This document shows, in pieces, positions 50,377 to 64,000 of a stretch of 64,000 bases of DNA (positions within the stretch are counted from its first letter, which is position 1; every line of letters begins with the position of its first letter). This DNA is from Phallusia mammillata (Eukaryota): contig OZ281495.1 of assembly GCA_965637545.1 (NCBI GenBank), positions 19,654,001 through 19,718,000 on the forward strand. Direction: 5' to 3'. The position numbers were made by a program, and so were the translations under genes. The notes beneath the pieces were generated by a model, which was not told the origin of the DNA, did not search any database, and worked only from the letters and a program-made list of their open reading frames with translations.

Positions 50377-53019
50377 TTTATCCTGACTGACAAATTTCAC
50401 AACTCAACGAACGGAATGCTGAGTGTGGCCCCTATAGCTAGCTGGTGATCGGCGCAAGGCAGCTTCGCCGCAAACAACCAGAAGTGCTTGCTATTTCGAT
50501 GCTCGAAGATGCGTAATCCACGAAAAGCTTTCTTATTGCAGCCGACGAGTGTCAAGTGAGTATCAGTCAAGAGCAACTAGTCGGATCATCACTCTGTTTC
50601 CAACCACTTCAGGATAACATCTGATGTCAACATTGCCGCTCAAACACGTATTTTCGATATTTAGAGCACTGCTAACATCTAAAAATAACACTTTGAAAAT
50701 AGTGCGCATTTAACTTTATGTGTTTTGTGCACCATAGCTTAACAACTTTTTGCAAAATCATGTAAAATGCTTCAAACTTTTGCTACTTCGTGCGTGAGAA
50801 TAGCACAGAGTTTACAGAAACTTTTCACTGAAGTGTGCCGCGCTTTTCCATGTCGGGATGAGTCGACCCTTACCAGCATGTCGAAGCTATCTCTATTATG
50901 CTCAGTTTTTCAAGTAAGTCAAGTGCTCGCTCTTCTGCCACTTTAAACATGTAATGAACGTGTTTAAAAGAAGACTTCGGCTCCTAAAAAATCATACCCC
51001 AAACACAAAAGATTTTCCAGTCAGACAATTTTGCGGTCGTTTAGGCTGCATCACTATCCCGCCTGTTTTGAGATTAATATCTTTTACCGATAGTCGATGA
51101 ACAGGATACTATTGTTACATTTCTCTGACCATAAAAGCACAGAGATTGATACGGAGCAACCGATATGTTTGAACACGCTCACGTCTCTGAAATCAATAGT
51201 TGTCTAGACCTTGTATAGCATGTGCCTATTTTTTTGCCTTCTCTTGGCGATTCACAGTTCTTTTAAACATAAAATAGGCGGAAAAGAGTAAAAAACCGTT
51301 AACCGCTGGGTTGTGGTTCCCACTTTAACGGGCATGTTTTAGTGTAAAGTTTTTCATCGCAACAATTTAACGTCAAACTGTGGTTCAATAGCTAGCACCA
51401 AGAGCTGTTCAAACATTTTAGGCGTCATTTAGTGTGATGTAAAACTGAGACGCACAAGCTGGACTAACCAATTTTTTCAGTCTCCCACATGAAATTTTTA
51501 ACTTTTGTGGACTGATAACTTTCACAAAGACTTACTTTCCCAACAACATATACAGAAAGATATTTTATGATAAACGTTTCAAACAAGTCGATGAACTAAT
51601 GGCATTTGGTACTATTGAAAGTGTAGCAATGTCTATTTTATATCTGTTTGTGTGTTGTTTTATAGGCTACTGCAAAAAAGCATGCTAGTTCTTTCTTTTG
51701 GAGAAAGTCAGTTACGTTATACTTAATTTTATAATTCATCTCCTTTTAAGCTACGCCTTTAATCTTGTGTAATGTGACCTTTGATGTACTTATAAAGTCG
51801 TAACGCCTACCCATATTTGGAATACGTATATTGCCGAAAACTTTCATAAAAACACAAAAAAAATATAAAATACACATTGCTACAAAAGTACAAAATATAT
51901 AATGCAGCATCGCTGTAGGTCAAGCACAAGAACTGCTGACATAACCTATGTACACATTTAAGTATGTCAAAGTGTCTATTTGCATGGGTTAATAGAACCC
52001 TGGAAGTAAAATGCGATCAGTTTTTCGTGGCTGTCAAAACGTGTCGAATCCTTTTGTTACGGCAAAGAAGCTTATAATGTTTATATTTTATGTCCTAATT
52101 GATACAACGAACACGGCTATAAGCAATTTTAACTAACCGGGGTGTTTTAGCACGAATTCGAGTGTTATGACGTTACATTTAGAATACCGGTCCGCATGCG
52201 TTTATCTAATGATACTACAGTAGCCTATTTGTGGTTTATGGTCATGTCGTGCTGTTAGCTGTTTGTAAAAAATCACATGACAACTACTTTGTCGCTTTGT
52301 CGCTCTCTAGCAGAGTATTTTTTTTTGAATATTCTTTACAATGTGTTTGGCAAAAAAAGTTTCTATTCATCATTCATTATTTTATTTCTAAATCTAAACA
52401 TTTTTTAGGCATTTTCTTTATGTTGATGCAGAAATTATAATAAAGGCAATGGGACCATAAAGCACAAATGCCCTACAATGACATTACGGTTAATCGATTG
52501 GGGGAAATCCCTTTTTGTATTTGAAAGTTTTTGCGAATAATTCGGATTTATAAGGATGAGAAGTTACAGGTCTTGTAGATGTGACGTTCAGCCTAAACAT
52601 CAAGCTAATACAAACAATAACTGCCAAACACGACTTTGGTATTACATGAAGTTACATGTTTCGACCTGTTTAGATTTATTTCGCATTTCAATGCCCATGC
52701 GTAGAACAAAGTTGCACTTTGTTTTGTAGTTTTTGTGTCTCAATAAATGTATTGTTATCATAGGTTTGAAGTGGTGTTTGTGAGATCAATTTTGCCTGAA
52801 ACATTTCAATTAAACAAATACTGAACAGGGTGCATTTTACAAGGCACACTATTTTTTTTGTATATTTTTATGTTATGATTCATATTATGGTCATGATTAA
52901 GTTTAACAAACCAACACAATAAGAAATATGACTGTTGTTGTTTGAACCTTTTGACTTTTATATTTAGGTTTCACATCATCGAACAGGTTGTCAATTTGGG
53001 ATATGTTTTAAACTGAGAT

Positions 53020-56000
53020 ATGTTTTCTGCACATGATAGTGCACTATTGGATGATCCTAAATATCGCAACTATATAAGTGCCATTGACAAAGCATTAAAA
53101 AACTTTGAATCTTCAAGTGAATGGGCAGATTTAATATCAGCTCTTGGCAAACTGCACAAGGTAAAAACAACCACCTATAAAATCTAATTTATGATGAGAA
53201 ACTTTGAGTTTTAAAACTTTTTTGTAGGTGCTTAATCCAAAGTATAAGGTAATACCAAAAAGCATTACAGTTGGAAAAAGATTGGCACAATGTATGCATC
53301 CAGCTCTACCTGGAGGTGTACATCTCAAAGCGCTCCAAGTTTATGATTGTATATTTAATATTATTACAAAACAATATCTGCAAACTGACCTCTACATATA
53401 CAGGTATTTTATTTCACAGATTTATCAAATATACTATGCAGTTACATTTTATAGATTTGCAGCAATTTAAATTGTATAATAATTCTCTAGTTTTTGTCCA
53501 CATTGGCATGATTGTATAATGCCTGTCAACAGAATGCATCCTGGTGTACTAGCCAATATGGCCTATTTCTTTACCAGCTGTACTGATATGACATTTTAGG
53601 TCAAAACAGTATACCGTGTCTACAGCTTATTTTATATTTATTGGCTTGGTGCTTTCAAAATGAGGGTTAAAATATACTAATGTTAAAATTATCAGATCAA
53701 CACTTTTAAGGGTCAGTTTATGTTCCATTTTTTTTATGTATCAATGAAAATCCAGACAACATATGTCCATTGTTTTGATATGTTGAAAATTAACATACTG
53801 AATTCTTTTTTTCAACAAGACACTTGACAAGTTGCAAATATGTGTGTTTCACCTAAACAATGTGTATGTTTTAGCACGGGAATATTTCCACTTCTTTCCA
53901 ATGCCTCTATGCAGGTTCGACCTGTACTGCTAAACTTGTATGAAACTCACATTCTTCCGCTTGGAAAATCTATTATTACCTGCCTTGATGGAATTGTTGT
54001 TGGATTACTACCAGGTATTTTAGTAGTTTAATAGCATTTATGCGTCCTTATTAGGAATTGTACATAATCTATATTCACTCCATTATCTATGGTATTTTTC
54101 AGTCTTGCCCAACCCATGTCAAATGGAAATGCTTGGTGACCAGATGGTTCGGTACAATACTTTTAATGGGCCTGGCATAATATGATTTACACTAGAAATA
54201 TACATGATTTTTAAATATACATCTTACATTTAACTTTATGTCTGTGTGTATTTTTCCACATACTGGTGTATGTGAAACATTTATAATGAAGTTTTCTGGT
54301 GAAAAATGATTTGTATAAATAACTTCAATTATTATCTATTTTTAGGGCTTGAGGAGGGTACAGAGTATTTTGATCGCGTTGATGTTATCTTGAAAAAGCT
54401 ATGTGGAAATGTTGGGCACCTTGAGTTTTACAGTGCTATTTGGAGAAGTATATTATGTTCATCAAGTGCCCGGCTTCCAGCTATACAATTAGTGTTGAGA
54501 AGATTTGATAAAAGACGTACTACTGATGATCAACTCTATATTATTGGCTCAGACATAAATGTTATGGTAACAAAAACACTTTTGTTAAACCTTTTTCAAA
54601 ATTAAATACGGCAGTTTTATAATTTTGGTAACAGCCCATCTTCTAAAATCTTTTTTTCATATTTTACCAAATTTGTAATTTTAGTTGGTTATGTGCGTAG
54701 GTTAGGGCCTTATGTGAAAGCTTTCAAGATGCAAGCGTTCTGGTTCAACGGGCATCCTTTGATGTTCTCATCTCGATTTGTCCGCTCTCATCTATACCTG
54801 TGTCCAAAGAAGACTGTTGCAGTTTGCTGATAGCTGCTGTTCAATGCATTTTACGAAGAGACATGTCCTTAAATCGTAGACTATATTCTTGGCTTTTAGG
54901 TAATAGACACCTTTGATTCAGTTTCTAATTCTAGACATATTGTCGATGATAAAAACAGTCCCAAGTCAATCAATTCCCCTCTTGTGCAAAGATGTTAAAT
55001 TTCTGTTAACAAGGCTGTATGACATTAAAAACGGTTTTCGAAGTTTATTTATTTGTAAACATCACAACAATCAAGATGGTGTCAAAAAGAATCACTTTGC
55101 ATTACATGTGACCAACCATATGTGACTTATCACCTTTCTGCTGACTAAAATGCATTTTGTCCATCATAAAGTTAAGTTGTGAAATGTTTTAATATTTGCT
55201 TTTAGGATTTGACCAAAGCAAGCGTCATGAAAGCAGTACCAGTATCGAACAAGACCAGAGCACTTTTTTTGAAAAACATTCAAAGGAACTGCTTATCAAA
55301 GCATGCAAGTACATACTTGACAAACAAAAATGTCACATTAAATCTACATGGAAAAGCTCAAATGTAAGTCTTATTTGCAATTTTAGGCATATAGTTTCCA
55401 AAGTTGTTTACAGTAGTAGCTGTAATTTACCGCTGTTCCACAGAAAAAAACTTATTTGTAGCAAAACTTGCAGACACTGAATTGATTATTTCCGAATTTA
55501 GCTTGCAATAAATTATATTATCTTTTCTTAATGTGAACTTCTCATCTCAGTTTGTTTCTGCGGATGACCTTTATCCTCTAAAACTGTTGGTAAATCTTTT
55601 GGACAAAGCAGAAATTGGACCACTCATAATCGATGAGTTGTTGATTGATGTGTTCAGGTTGTAAATGATCATACAAAATACTGTTTGTAAACCATAATAT
55701 TAACTGTTTTCAGTTTTTAATGAGATTAATTGTGCTCAGGCTTTTGCAAGCTGCAATGTCCTGTCTTAAAGTGATTGGAGTGGAAAGTGGAAAAGACTCT
55801 GCCTTTACAGAAGTAACAAAAACTGTCAACCTTTTACTGGATGTGTTTGAACCTGGATATATATGGCGGCATATTATAAAATTATTATCTACCATTTTAG
55901 CCAACCTATCTGTTGAAAAGTATGTGTTGTTTTTTATTTCCACTACTGCTCTGTGGAAGTTTTTCAATTACGCGTAACTAAATGCTTAATTTGTCACAAT

Positions 56001-59000
56001 TGGTTTTGCAGAGCTCAAAATTCACATGAAATTGTGACATTTGTGGACATTTGTGACTTCATTCAACTATTTTTGGAAATCGTTTCTCTTGAAAACTTTC
56101 CAGATGTAGGTTTTGTTTATTAGGATATCTTAAAAAAAACAAAGATATTAGAGTGTATTTTATTGTAACAGGTACGCACAAGTTACTTGCCAGAGGTGTT
56201 GTTTCATGTAATTGATTATCTCATCAAATCAAGTTTATCGGAAAAATGCACACCAAATCTTAATTGTGGCCTCGCTGCCAGCAGTAAATTGTTGGACTCT
56301 TGTCAGTCATCACAACCTGAAGAATATTTAACAATGGTATGACTATAAAGCATGTTTTTGAATAAATGCACCAGTTTTTAAATTTAGATTTATAAAAGAA
56401 CTGATTTTAATAATTCTATTTTATAATTGCTATTTCTTGTGAACATTTAAGTTTAGTTTAGGATGGGTCCGGTAACCAGTTTATTTGAAGTTTTGTTGCC
56501 TTTAATTTTTAGACAAGTAAAATGGTTGTATTGCTTGGTTTAGTTCAAACGTTTGCAATATATACAATTATCAAACATAACTATTCATACCATTATTTTT
56601 TTCGTTTTGAAATTATTTAAATACAGGTTTTGCTACCGTTGTCTTATACTAAAGCATTTTTTTCTTTTTTTGAAACTGTTAAATACACTTGTCAACAATG
56701 AACATTTATTTGAATGTACGTATACAATGAAACAGTTGACATCAAAATCTAGTATGACCAATTAAATATTGAATGCAATCTAATACAATTCAGCTCATTT
56801 GATATTAAATTAAACCAAATTGTTAGTTTTGAAAACAAAAAAAAGTTTGCAACTTTTTGCAAGAATTTATGAGTGCAGTTAAGTTGATTTTGTTTCTTTT
56901 GGAACAATTTCGGAACCGAATATAGGTAACCATGTACCAACTTATGAAATAAAGACTAACCATGCAAGTATTTAATGGCTATTAAAGTGTAATTTTTTTT
57001 TCATTAGACTCGGTTTAATGAAAACCTAAATTTTGCAGCACAGCAGTACTGTACAACAAACTAACCCCACCTCTGCTGATAAAGATGAAGATGAATTGAA
57101 CAAACATTCAGTTTCTGATTGCAGCCAACACTTCAATGAGTTTGTTTGCACATTTGTTTCACTTTTTCTGCAGGGAACCAGGTAACAGTCTACTTTAATA
57201 AAACAATCTCAATGCAGTAATTACTGGGACGGATATTTTTAGATGCAATATTGATAAGTACCTTGGTCAACTTGAAATATTTCAAGCTGTCAGGGATAAG
57301 GGAATGAACTTACCAATTGATTCTCAAAATCTCAACGAAAATTCTCAAAGCTCAATAAAACAGATAGCAAATAAATCAGGTAAACATATTTTCTGTTTGT
57401 TACGTTATCTAGAAGATAACAGCTTTAAAAAATACATAAATTTGGCATATAATTCACAGTTTTAAAAACTCTAACAAAAACAAACAAATCTAGTGTAAAA
57501 GAGTAAAACATGAAGTTTTAGTAAAAGTTTTGGGTTGCTCAGATGTGAGTTATGACCAGGTAAAATCGTAAACCAGAGTGGCAAAAAAACACAGCAAAAG
57601 GATCAGGGTTTAACAATCAGTTTTTTATTTGCTTTATGTGTAGATGACTCATTAAACAACCCTGACACAGTAGAAAACTTACTTAATGTCTTCCATTTGT
57701 TGTGCCGACTGTTGTTGGACTTTGCTTGTTTTCCTGTTTACTACCGTGGCTTAGCATCACCAACACACAACACTAATACTGAGAGTGTCTGGTAAGATTG
57801 ATTAAATGTGAGTTTTGGTTTGGAAATGAAAGTTTTATTAATATATTCTTTTTGTCAATAGTTTTCCAGCATGGTTTAAATCTCTGTTATTTGTATCCTG
57901 TTGGGATTCAGCTGATCATATACACTGGTTTAAGTTTTCATCTTGTGCTATTTCCACAATCCTGGATCTAATTTCTCTCTCCCAGAGTGTTTATTTGTCG
58001 GCAGGTTAGATGATTTATATTTGCATGCCTCTGTGTCAGTAAAAACTTTTTAAAATGTTTGGAAGTTCCATTGTAATTTGTATTGTTTTAAAAGTTTTAA
58101 AAATTATAAGCAAGTTTTAACTTTAGACTCTTAAGACTTTGAATGGCCCATCCTTCCAGCTAAAGTAAAGCTTAAGCCAGTACTGTCCACCGATTCCAAA
58201 TAAAGCAAAAAATTCCTCACAAACTGCGTTTCATGTTGTACAACAACTATAATTTTTGTGAGAAATCCTCTTCAGATCCATCCCAGTTGCAAAGTTGCCA
58301 GTTTGCTTAGAATATAACACACAAAGAACTTGTATGTGAAACCACCTGCATTTAACAATGGCACAACAAAGGTTGCTTTCCCAACAACCAACTTCCAAAT
58401 AGCCATATGTGCAAGTGCAACAACAATACATAACTATAATAAAACATACAAGTACATAAAAAACTTGCAATTCAGGTTGTATTTGAAATCTTGATTTGTT
58501 AGTACATTAATTGTTTGTTTCATTTAAAGAACGTCCGGATGATGAAAAAGCTTTAGGTACAGTGTCAGTTGCTGTTCTTTCACCCCTGTCTTCTATGCAT
58601 ACTGAAATGTTATATGATGAAACCTCATTCTTTCAACTGATTTCAAAGGACCTGTGGAAGGTAACTTTTTTGTTAACCAATGTGGAATTTTTTCCTTGCC
58701 CTTGTTACAGCAATCAACATATAATCTTTTTCCAGTCTTTGTTGTTCTTTCTAACACAGATACATGCATATTTCATATTGTTTTATGTTTAAATCATTTT
58801 TCTATCAAACATCCAAAGTTTTCACTGTAAAATGTTTGTGACATTGAATTTACAGATGATTGGAAATGAATCAGATTGGCATCACCACCTCACTTGTGTA
58901 CACCTTCTTGTTCGTTTGCATTCAATGTGTACTGATGCAAGATGTGAAGATGTTTTACTGGAAGACATTTTGCATCATGATCAGGTGGATTGCATCTTTA

Positions 59001-62000
59001 ATCTACTCGAGTCTCTGTTGTTCTATGTATTGGGGCCTATCGACAAATCAGCTTTAAATCTAAAACAGTATTCTAATGACTGGAATCTATGCACAATTGG
59101 TTATAGTACAATGAGCTTAAATATGTTTTTGCCATTAATGGTCAAAAACACACAATGGAATCTCACAGTTCAAATACATATCATCAATTAATAAGCGAGA
59201 TGACTCATCTGATAAATTAGATAGAATAAAATATTTTGTTTTGAATAAGTTTAGGAAGTATATTGACTTGTGTTACATTTTTTTGAATATGATATTTTGT
59301 AGGCCATCAGAACCAACTCAATAATGAAGTTTTGTCGGCTGTGGCATTTTACACGTATTTTGACAAGAAAGAAATTTGGACAAAATTTAGACGGGCATTT
59401 CTACACATTCAGCAGGTATAGTAATTTTGGTTGTACATTGCTGGTTTGTGTCAGCTAGTTTATTAACTTAAAGCAGTGGTTCTCAACCTTTTTGCCTTTG
59501 CGGACCCCTTTTGGTACTGTCAAGCTTATCGCGGACCGTACCCTTTGAAGGTTTTGGTATTTTTTGTCCTTTTTTTTATTAACAAGCAACCCAAAAAAGG
59601 TGCAGAATATACCAACCACGTTTGGTCCAGGACCAAAATTTCAATCGCTTTGACTGGGCTGCGACATCGGAACTCAATAATAAAGAGCCATTACATTGTG
59701 GTGTGACGTTGTTTGCCACTGAAAATTTACCTCTCTTGCATCACAATGGGGTTAAAATGTCACAATGCTAGGTCCGCGGACCCCCGGTTGAGAACCACTG
59801 ACTTAAAGCATCTCACTTTCTGAGCTTGCTTGCATAGTTTCATAACTGGTGCAAAATTATGTGCAATTGTTGTTTGATAAAATGGTAGAAGTTTACATCA
59901 TACATGTTCTCAGTTTGCACAATAGCTTATCTGGCGTTAATATGACTCGTAGATGATTGTAGGGTCAGGGCACAATTCTTTAAAACAATGGAACAAAAAC
60001 ATTCACAACAAACCTTAAATAGAATCGTTTTATTAGGATTCTGTTATTCATAAACAAAGAAATGTAAAACATACTCATTTTAACAGGATGTAGGTATAGC
60101 TGCAGCGGATTTAGCCATTATCCACCAATTGTTTCCTCCTTTTTGGTGCAATTGGGTCGCTATGTTTTCTAACACCAAGCGAAAAAAACTCAACACGACC
60201 AAAATAGTTTAGGTTTTTGAATAAATAATCTAATTTTTGTAAACATCATCCGCTGTAAATATGTGTTAAAATCGGTACTCAGACAACCAATCGCATATTA
60301 TTTACAGATGTCTCTTCGCTGTAGTGGACACCTTAGCGTTTTCCGAATCTCAAGCAGCTCATCCATCCTCCCCACTTTTTCAACTTACAGAGGGAAATTC
60401 GAGCGTCGCCATAACAACGGTTCATCGGTGGTTGCGTCAATGTTTAGAGAAACAAGATCTGCTTCGCGTACTCGAACCATTTTTGCTGGTCATACTACAC
60501 CCGAAAACTAGAAGCAGTCCTTTATATGCTGGTATGTTAACTATGCTCAGTGTTTGTTTCCTTGCGTTAAGGGTGACGCATCATTTTTAGTTAAGTAAAA
60601 TATTTGTGGAATTGTTTTGTCAATTTGTGGGACGTTTGTTCGTATTTCGTTGGTTGAAAGTTTGCGATTGCTTAACATTTTATACCATTGTGGCATTCAA
60701 CCTATCAAAAATCCAATAATTTTATTCAATTGCTTTCATTGTACTGTGTTTTCATTTGCACTAATGTATAGTAAGTAATATGTTAATCCACCCCCGAAAT
60801 TAGTCAAAATATTTCAGTTTACAGCTGTAAGCTGCATCCATTATTAGTGATGGGACGAGCACCCGGTATGGTATCGAACGATTTCAGTGGTATCGATACT
60901 CGTACTCGGTATCGAAATATTTTGTCTCAGTTTTCGATACCAACGTGCGAGTACCGAAAGCCGATTTACACCATAAGAATACGGGCAACTTTTGGCCAAT
61001 ATTTGCTTCGGACAGTACAAAATTGGAAAAAAGTCCCGCCAGTTTACGTACGTCTTTTTCGCTATCACGTGGTGATTACATTTTTCGGCATGTGTTTTCG
61101 CCTTTACCCCGAGCATGGCAGATAAATTAGCTAGTGATATACAACTAAGTACAACACTACACTTAAGTACTCGGTAATCGAACTCGGTATCGAAGGTATA
61201 TACATGTGGTACTCGTACTCGGTATCGGTACTCGCTTCAAAATCTGGTATCGTCCCATCACTATCCATTATCATTTTTCAATGGTAAAAATAACGGATTA
61301 GATCAAATAAAAGCCACCCAATTTAAAAAAATGATTCCCCTGGTTGCCTTAATAGGTTTTCGAAAAGAAGTCTTCGATTTGGTTGACTTTTATATTTCTG
61401 TTCAATTAAGTAAACCACCATTCATAGTGTGAGGTTTTGTATCCTTAAAACGACTTTCCTTATTACAACTTTTTTAACAATTGCTTAACAGAGACAGCTT
61501 TAATAAAGAGAAGTGCAGAGTCGTCAAACAACTCGGAGTTTATTCCACAAGAGGTGATTTTGTTTGTCATTGGTTGAGCTACAATATGACTATAATACAG
61601 GTGTTGTCATCGTTGTGTGTTACAGGCGATATCCGAACATCACTCTTCCAAGTTAAAAGTCGATTTTAGGCAAGGTTTTGTTGTGTTTGCATTCTTAAAT
61701 GAGGAAATATGTTAGGAAATTGTTTTGTTTTAGGAGATTGACGTTGAAGGACGGAAAACCGACTTCAACTTCTGCTGTTATCGCGGAAATTGCCAGAGGA
61801 AAGTCGCAATACAGGTACTTATATTTGCTGATTTATTGTCTCTGGGTGGCACTAAAGAGCTGAAAGCGAAATAGAAACGCTAAATAAATATACAATGAAG
61901 TCCGCTATTCCGTTGTCAACTTTGTGAACTGTTGTTGTGAACTTTCTAAACCAAATCAAATGGCGACCAGGGGGTTGAGTCGTCTGACCAATGTTCCCTT

Positions 62001-63795
62001 TACTTAAAACCACCGGGATTGTGTTTGGTGTCCCCATTATAACATCAAGTATCAGCATATTATTTTTGATGGTTGTTGTCATTTGCCCATAACATTTATT
62101 GCTCGAATAGATAGGCAAAGAACAGTCACGTTATAAAAAAGTAATTTTCTGTACGATATGTGTAATATGACTTGAAGTGTGTTATTTTTTCTAAAACAAT
62201 TGAAGCTTGCTACAGAAATATAAAATTAAGCTTCGTTTTTCTCTTTTTAATTCTCGTACTTGTGCTTTCAGGGAGTTGGTGTCAAAGTTAACAGCTTGTA
62301 CGGAAAGTGAACTGATCGCAAAAGCTCATCAGATCGTTGATCAAGTTATCAAAGATTCACTGCATTACCTGCAAACGTGAGTTGAAGCCAGTCCGTTTGC
62401 GGTTTACGTCACATACCCTACCTAATGCCACTGGGTTCCGGTAATGATGTCTTCGAACGCGTTTCGTTTCACCGAAATCAATATCTCACATCATTTTCAA
62501 GCGATTTGCAGATGATGGGTTTGCAAGCGATAAGTGGGCGTTTCCATTTTGTTTTGAGGTCAAGGAAAGTAACACAAACTGTGCTGCTTTGTATATAAGC
62601 GTGAAATTTTTCTCAGCAAAGTTATAATGGGCTTGTTATCTTGAATAAGACTATTACTTATGTCATGAGTATTATTGAAATTGGTTTCAAATTTTAGAGA
62701 TCGATCAGTTTTTTGTCACCTGAGTTTGAACCACTCTTTCGGTACATTATTTTTATTTCAATTACTCTATACAACTTCAAATGCACACAAACCCAAAAAA
62801 CCAGGATTTAAACTTTTCTTCTAGTGGCATCTTAATTTTATCTCATAATTGCGTCCTTTCGGTACTTTTTTTGACGAAACCTGAGTGTCCGTGGTTGTTC
62901 ATACTTGAACCTAATCGCCGGTAATTAGAAAACGACTTTTAAACTGCGCGGGTTAAACATGCATTTTCCGGTTGAAAATCTTACTGATAGGTGCCAAATG
63001 TTTTTTAGCTGCATTTCTGGTCATGTAAGAATGACAATACATTTGTACGGATCATTCGATATTTATTGGCTGCCAATAGCTTTCTTATAGGGGCGTTTCC
63101 CTCCACTTCACGTAACATCACGTTCCGGGATATTGCGTGGTGCACGCAGATAGCTCACTGACAGCGGGATGATGCAATCTGCGATGACTCCTAATGTATG
63201 AACTTAAATGTAGATTATTTCCTGCAAATGCACACACTTCCTTATGAAGCGATCTTCGGGCATTCCAAATGTGATATTTTAGTCATTGATGTTCTATATT
63301 TAGAATTTTTCTGCTTTGCTAGGAATCAAGATATTATTGCAACACATACATAAGCTGTTGCTGCCAGGCATAGTATCAAGTTTGTAGAGCTCTTCTGGCA
63401 ATTGTATTTTTATACTAACGTTTCTACAAGTCGCCTTCTTCATGTTATTGCAACAGATTAAGTAATTTACCTATTGAACTAAATAAACGCCATTTTTGCC
63501 CTTCGAACGTGTTGCTTAAAGGCCAATGCCTGCATGGCAGATATAAATGTTTGAAAGGTTCACATGTTTGAAAAAAGTTCATTTTTTTCTACTTTCTAAA
63601 ATGCTACATGTTATCTTGAGTTTGGTTACATTGTCACATCCACCACAACCAACATATTTCAGTTTTCGGCATACGCTTAGCAAAGCTTTTGATACACGAT
63701 TTTTCTATTTTCAACTTTTGTTTTTGTTTTCAGCACAACCTTTGCCAAAACCTGTGAGGAAAAAGGGAAAATTTCGACTGAACAAGTTGATTCTG
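53020..63795 (+). CDS. DOP1: Protein dopey (DOP1), N-terminal portion; gene continues past the window end
   Basis: Start [47 protein letters not shown]; then [49 protein letters not shown]...[44 protein letters not shown]; last visible exon 63734-63795. DOP1A vs DOP1B cannot be decided. Confidence 0.96.
58126..58400 (-). mobile_element. Possible decayed non-LTR retrotransposon (LINE) reverse-transcriptase fragment in a DOP1 intron
   Basis: One minus frame reads [11 protein letters not shown]...*...[23 protein letters not shown], resembling the LINE RT segment D-L-x-K-A-F...GI-x-G...W...F-x-V. Similarity judged by eye only. Confidence 0.3.
59474..59800. mobile_element. hAT (Buster/Charlie-type) MITE in a DOP1 intron
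   Basis: TIRs CAGTGGTTCTCAACC / GGTTGAGAACCACTG; GCGGACC repeats; exact TSD acttaaag. Confidence 0.95.
60845..61263. mobile_element. hAT MITE (TAG-ended TIR, GGTATCG/GTACTCG repeats) in a DOP1 intron
   Basis: TIRs TAGTGATGGGACGA / TCGTCCCATCACTA; many GGTATCG and CGTACTCGG units; exact TSD tccattat. Confidence 0.95.
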
Positions 63796-64000
63796 GTAAA
63801 TCTCAACGCAAAATTTCTCATGACGTGAAGAATCACAAAATTGCTTCACACAGTAATATTCTCTTGTATAAGGTTGGTTTAAATTCGTTTAAGTTTTATT
63901 CTGTTACTGATATTAATACAAATAAAACTATTCTGTTAATAATAGTATGTGAACCACATAATTATATCCACTGTGAACCGAAAAAAAACCTTAATTTTGA

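Noticed and set aside
55300-55370. Apparent GC donor (T|GCAAGT) in DOP1
   Set aside because: The frame stays open to a canonical AAT|GTAAGT donor at 55363 that joins the next exon in phase.
60847-61130. ORFs at 60844-61130 and at 28024-28228, 35570-35752, 38763-39077, 59476-59706
   Set aside because: All lie within or overlap non-autonomous MITEs and show no transposase motifs.
62400-63200. Possible intronic C/D snoRNA in DOP1 (TGATG motifs)
   Set aside because: No complete C box/D box pair with terminal stem at plausible spacing.
1-64000. CRISPR arrays, rRNA, tRNA genes, autonomous transposases
   Set aside because: None seen; the repeat arrays present are subterminal motifs of MITEs bounded by TIRs and TSDs.

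Overview
AT-rich, intron-dense animal genomic DNA with many ~50-150 nt GT-AG introns. An invertebrate chordate, most likely an ascidian, is inferred from compactness and similarity to vertebrate proteins; the sequence alone does not prove it. Five genes can be rebuilt exon by exon and recognised: BCKDHA (+, 2622-6683), a TMEM47/PERP-family tetraspan (+, 9700-10662), rootletin/CROCC (+, 13972-32564), a membrane-anchored CAP/SCP-domain protein (-, 50376-47278) and Dopey/DOP1 (+, 53020 to beyond the window end). A clean three-exon gene for an unrecognised secreted preproprotein lies at 43749-44674, just downstream of a probable two-exon orphan. Twelve full-length non-autonomous hAT MITEs and a truncated end are scattered through introns and intergenic DNA, most with readable 8-bp target-site duplications; no transposase ORF is present. 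The most interesting unexplained structure is in CROCC: four extra in-frame ATG-led exons with splice donors, some near RFX X-box-like motifs, plus a candidate terminal exon in the same intron as one of these starts. Together they suggest nested rootletin isoforms. The 33-43 kb interval holds several coding-like fragments that I could not assemble into genes. All coordinates were counted by hand and all homology calls come from motif recognition, not database searches.
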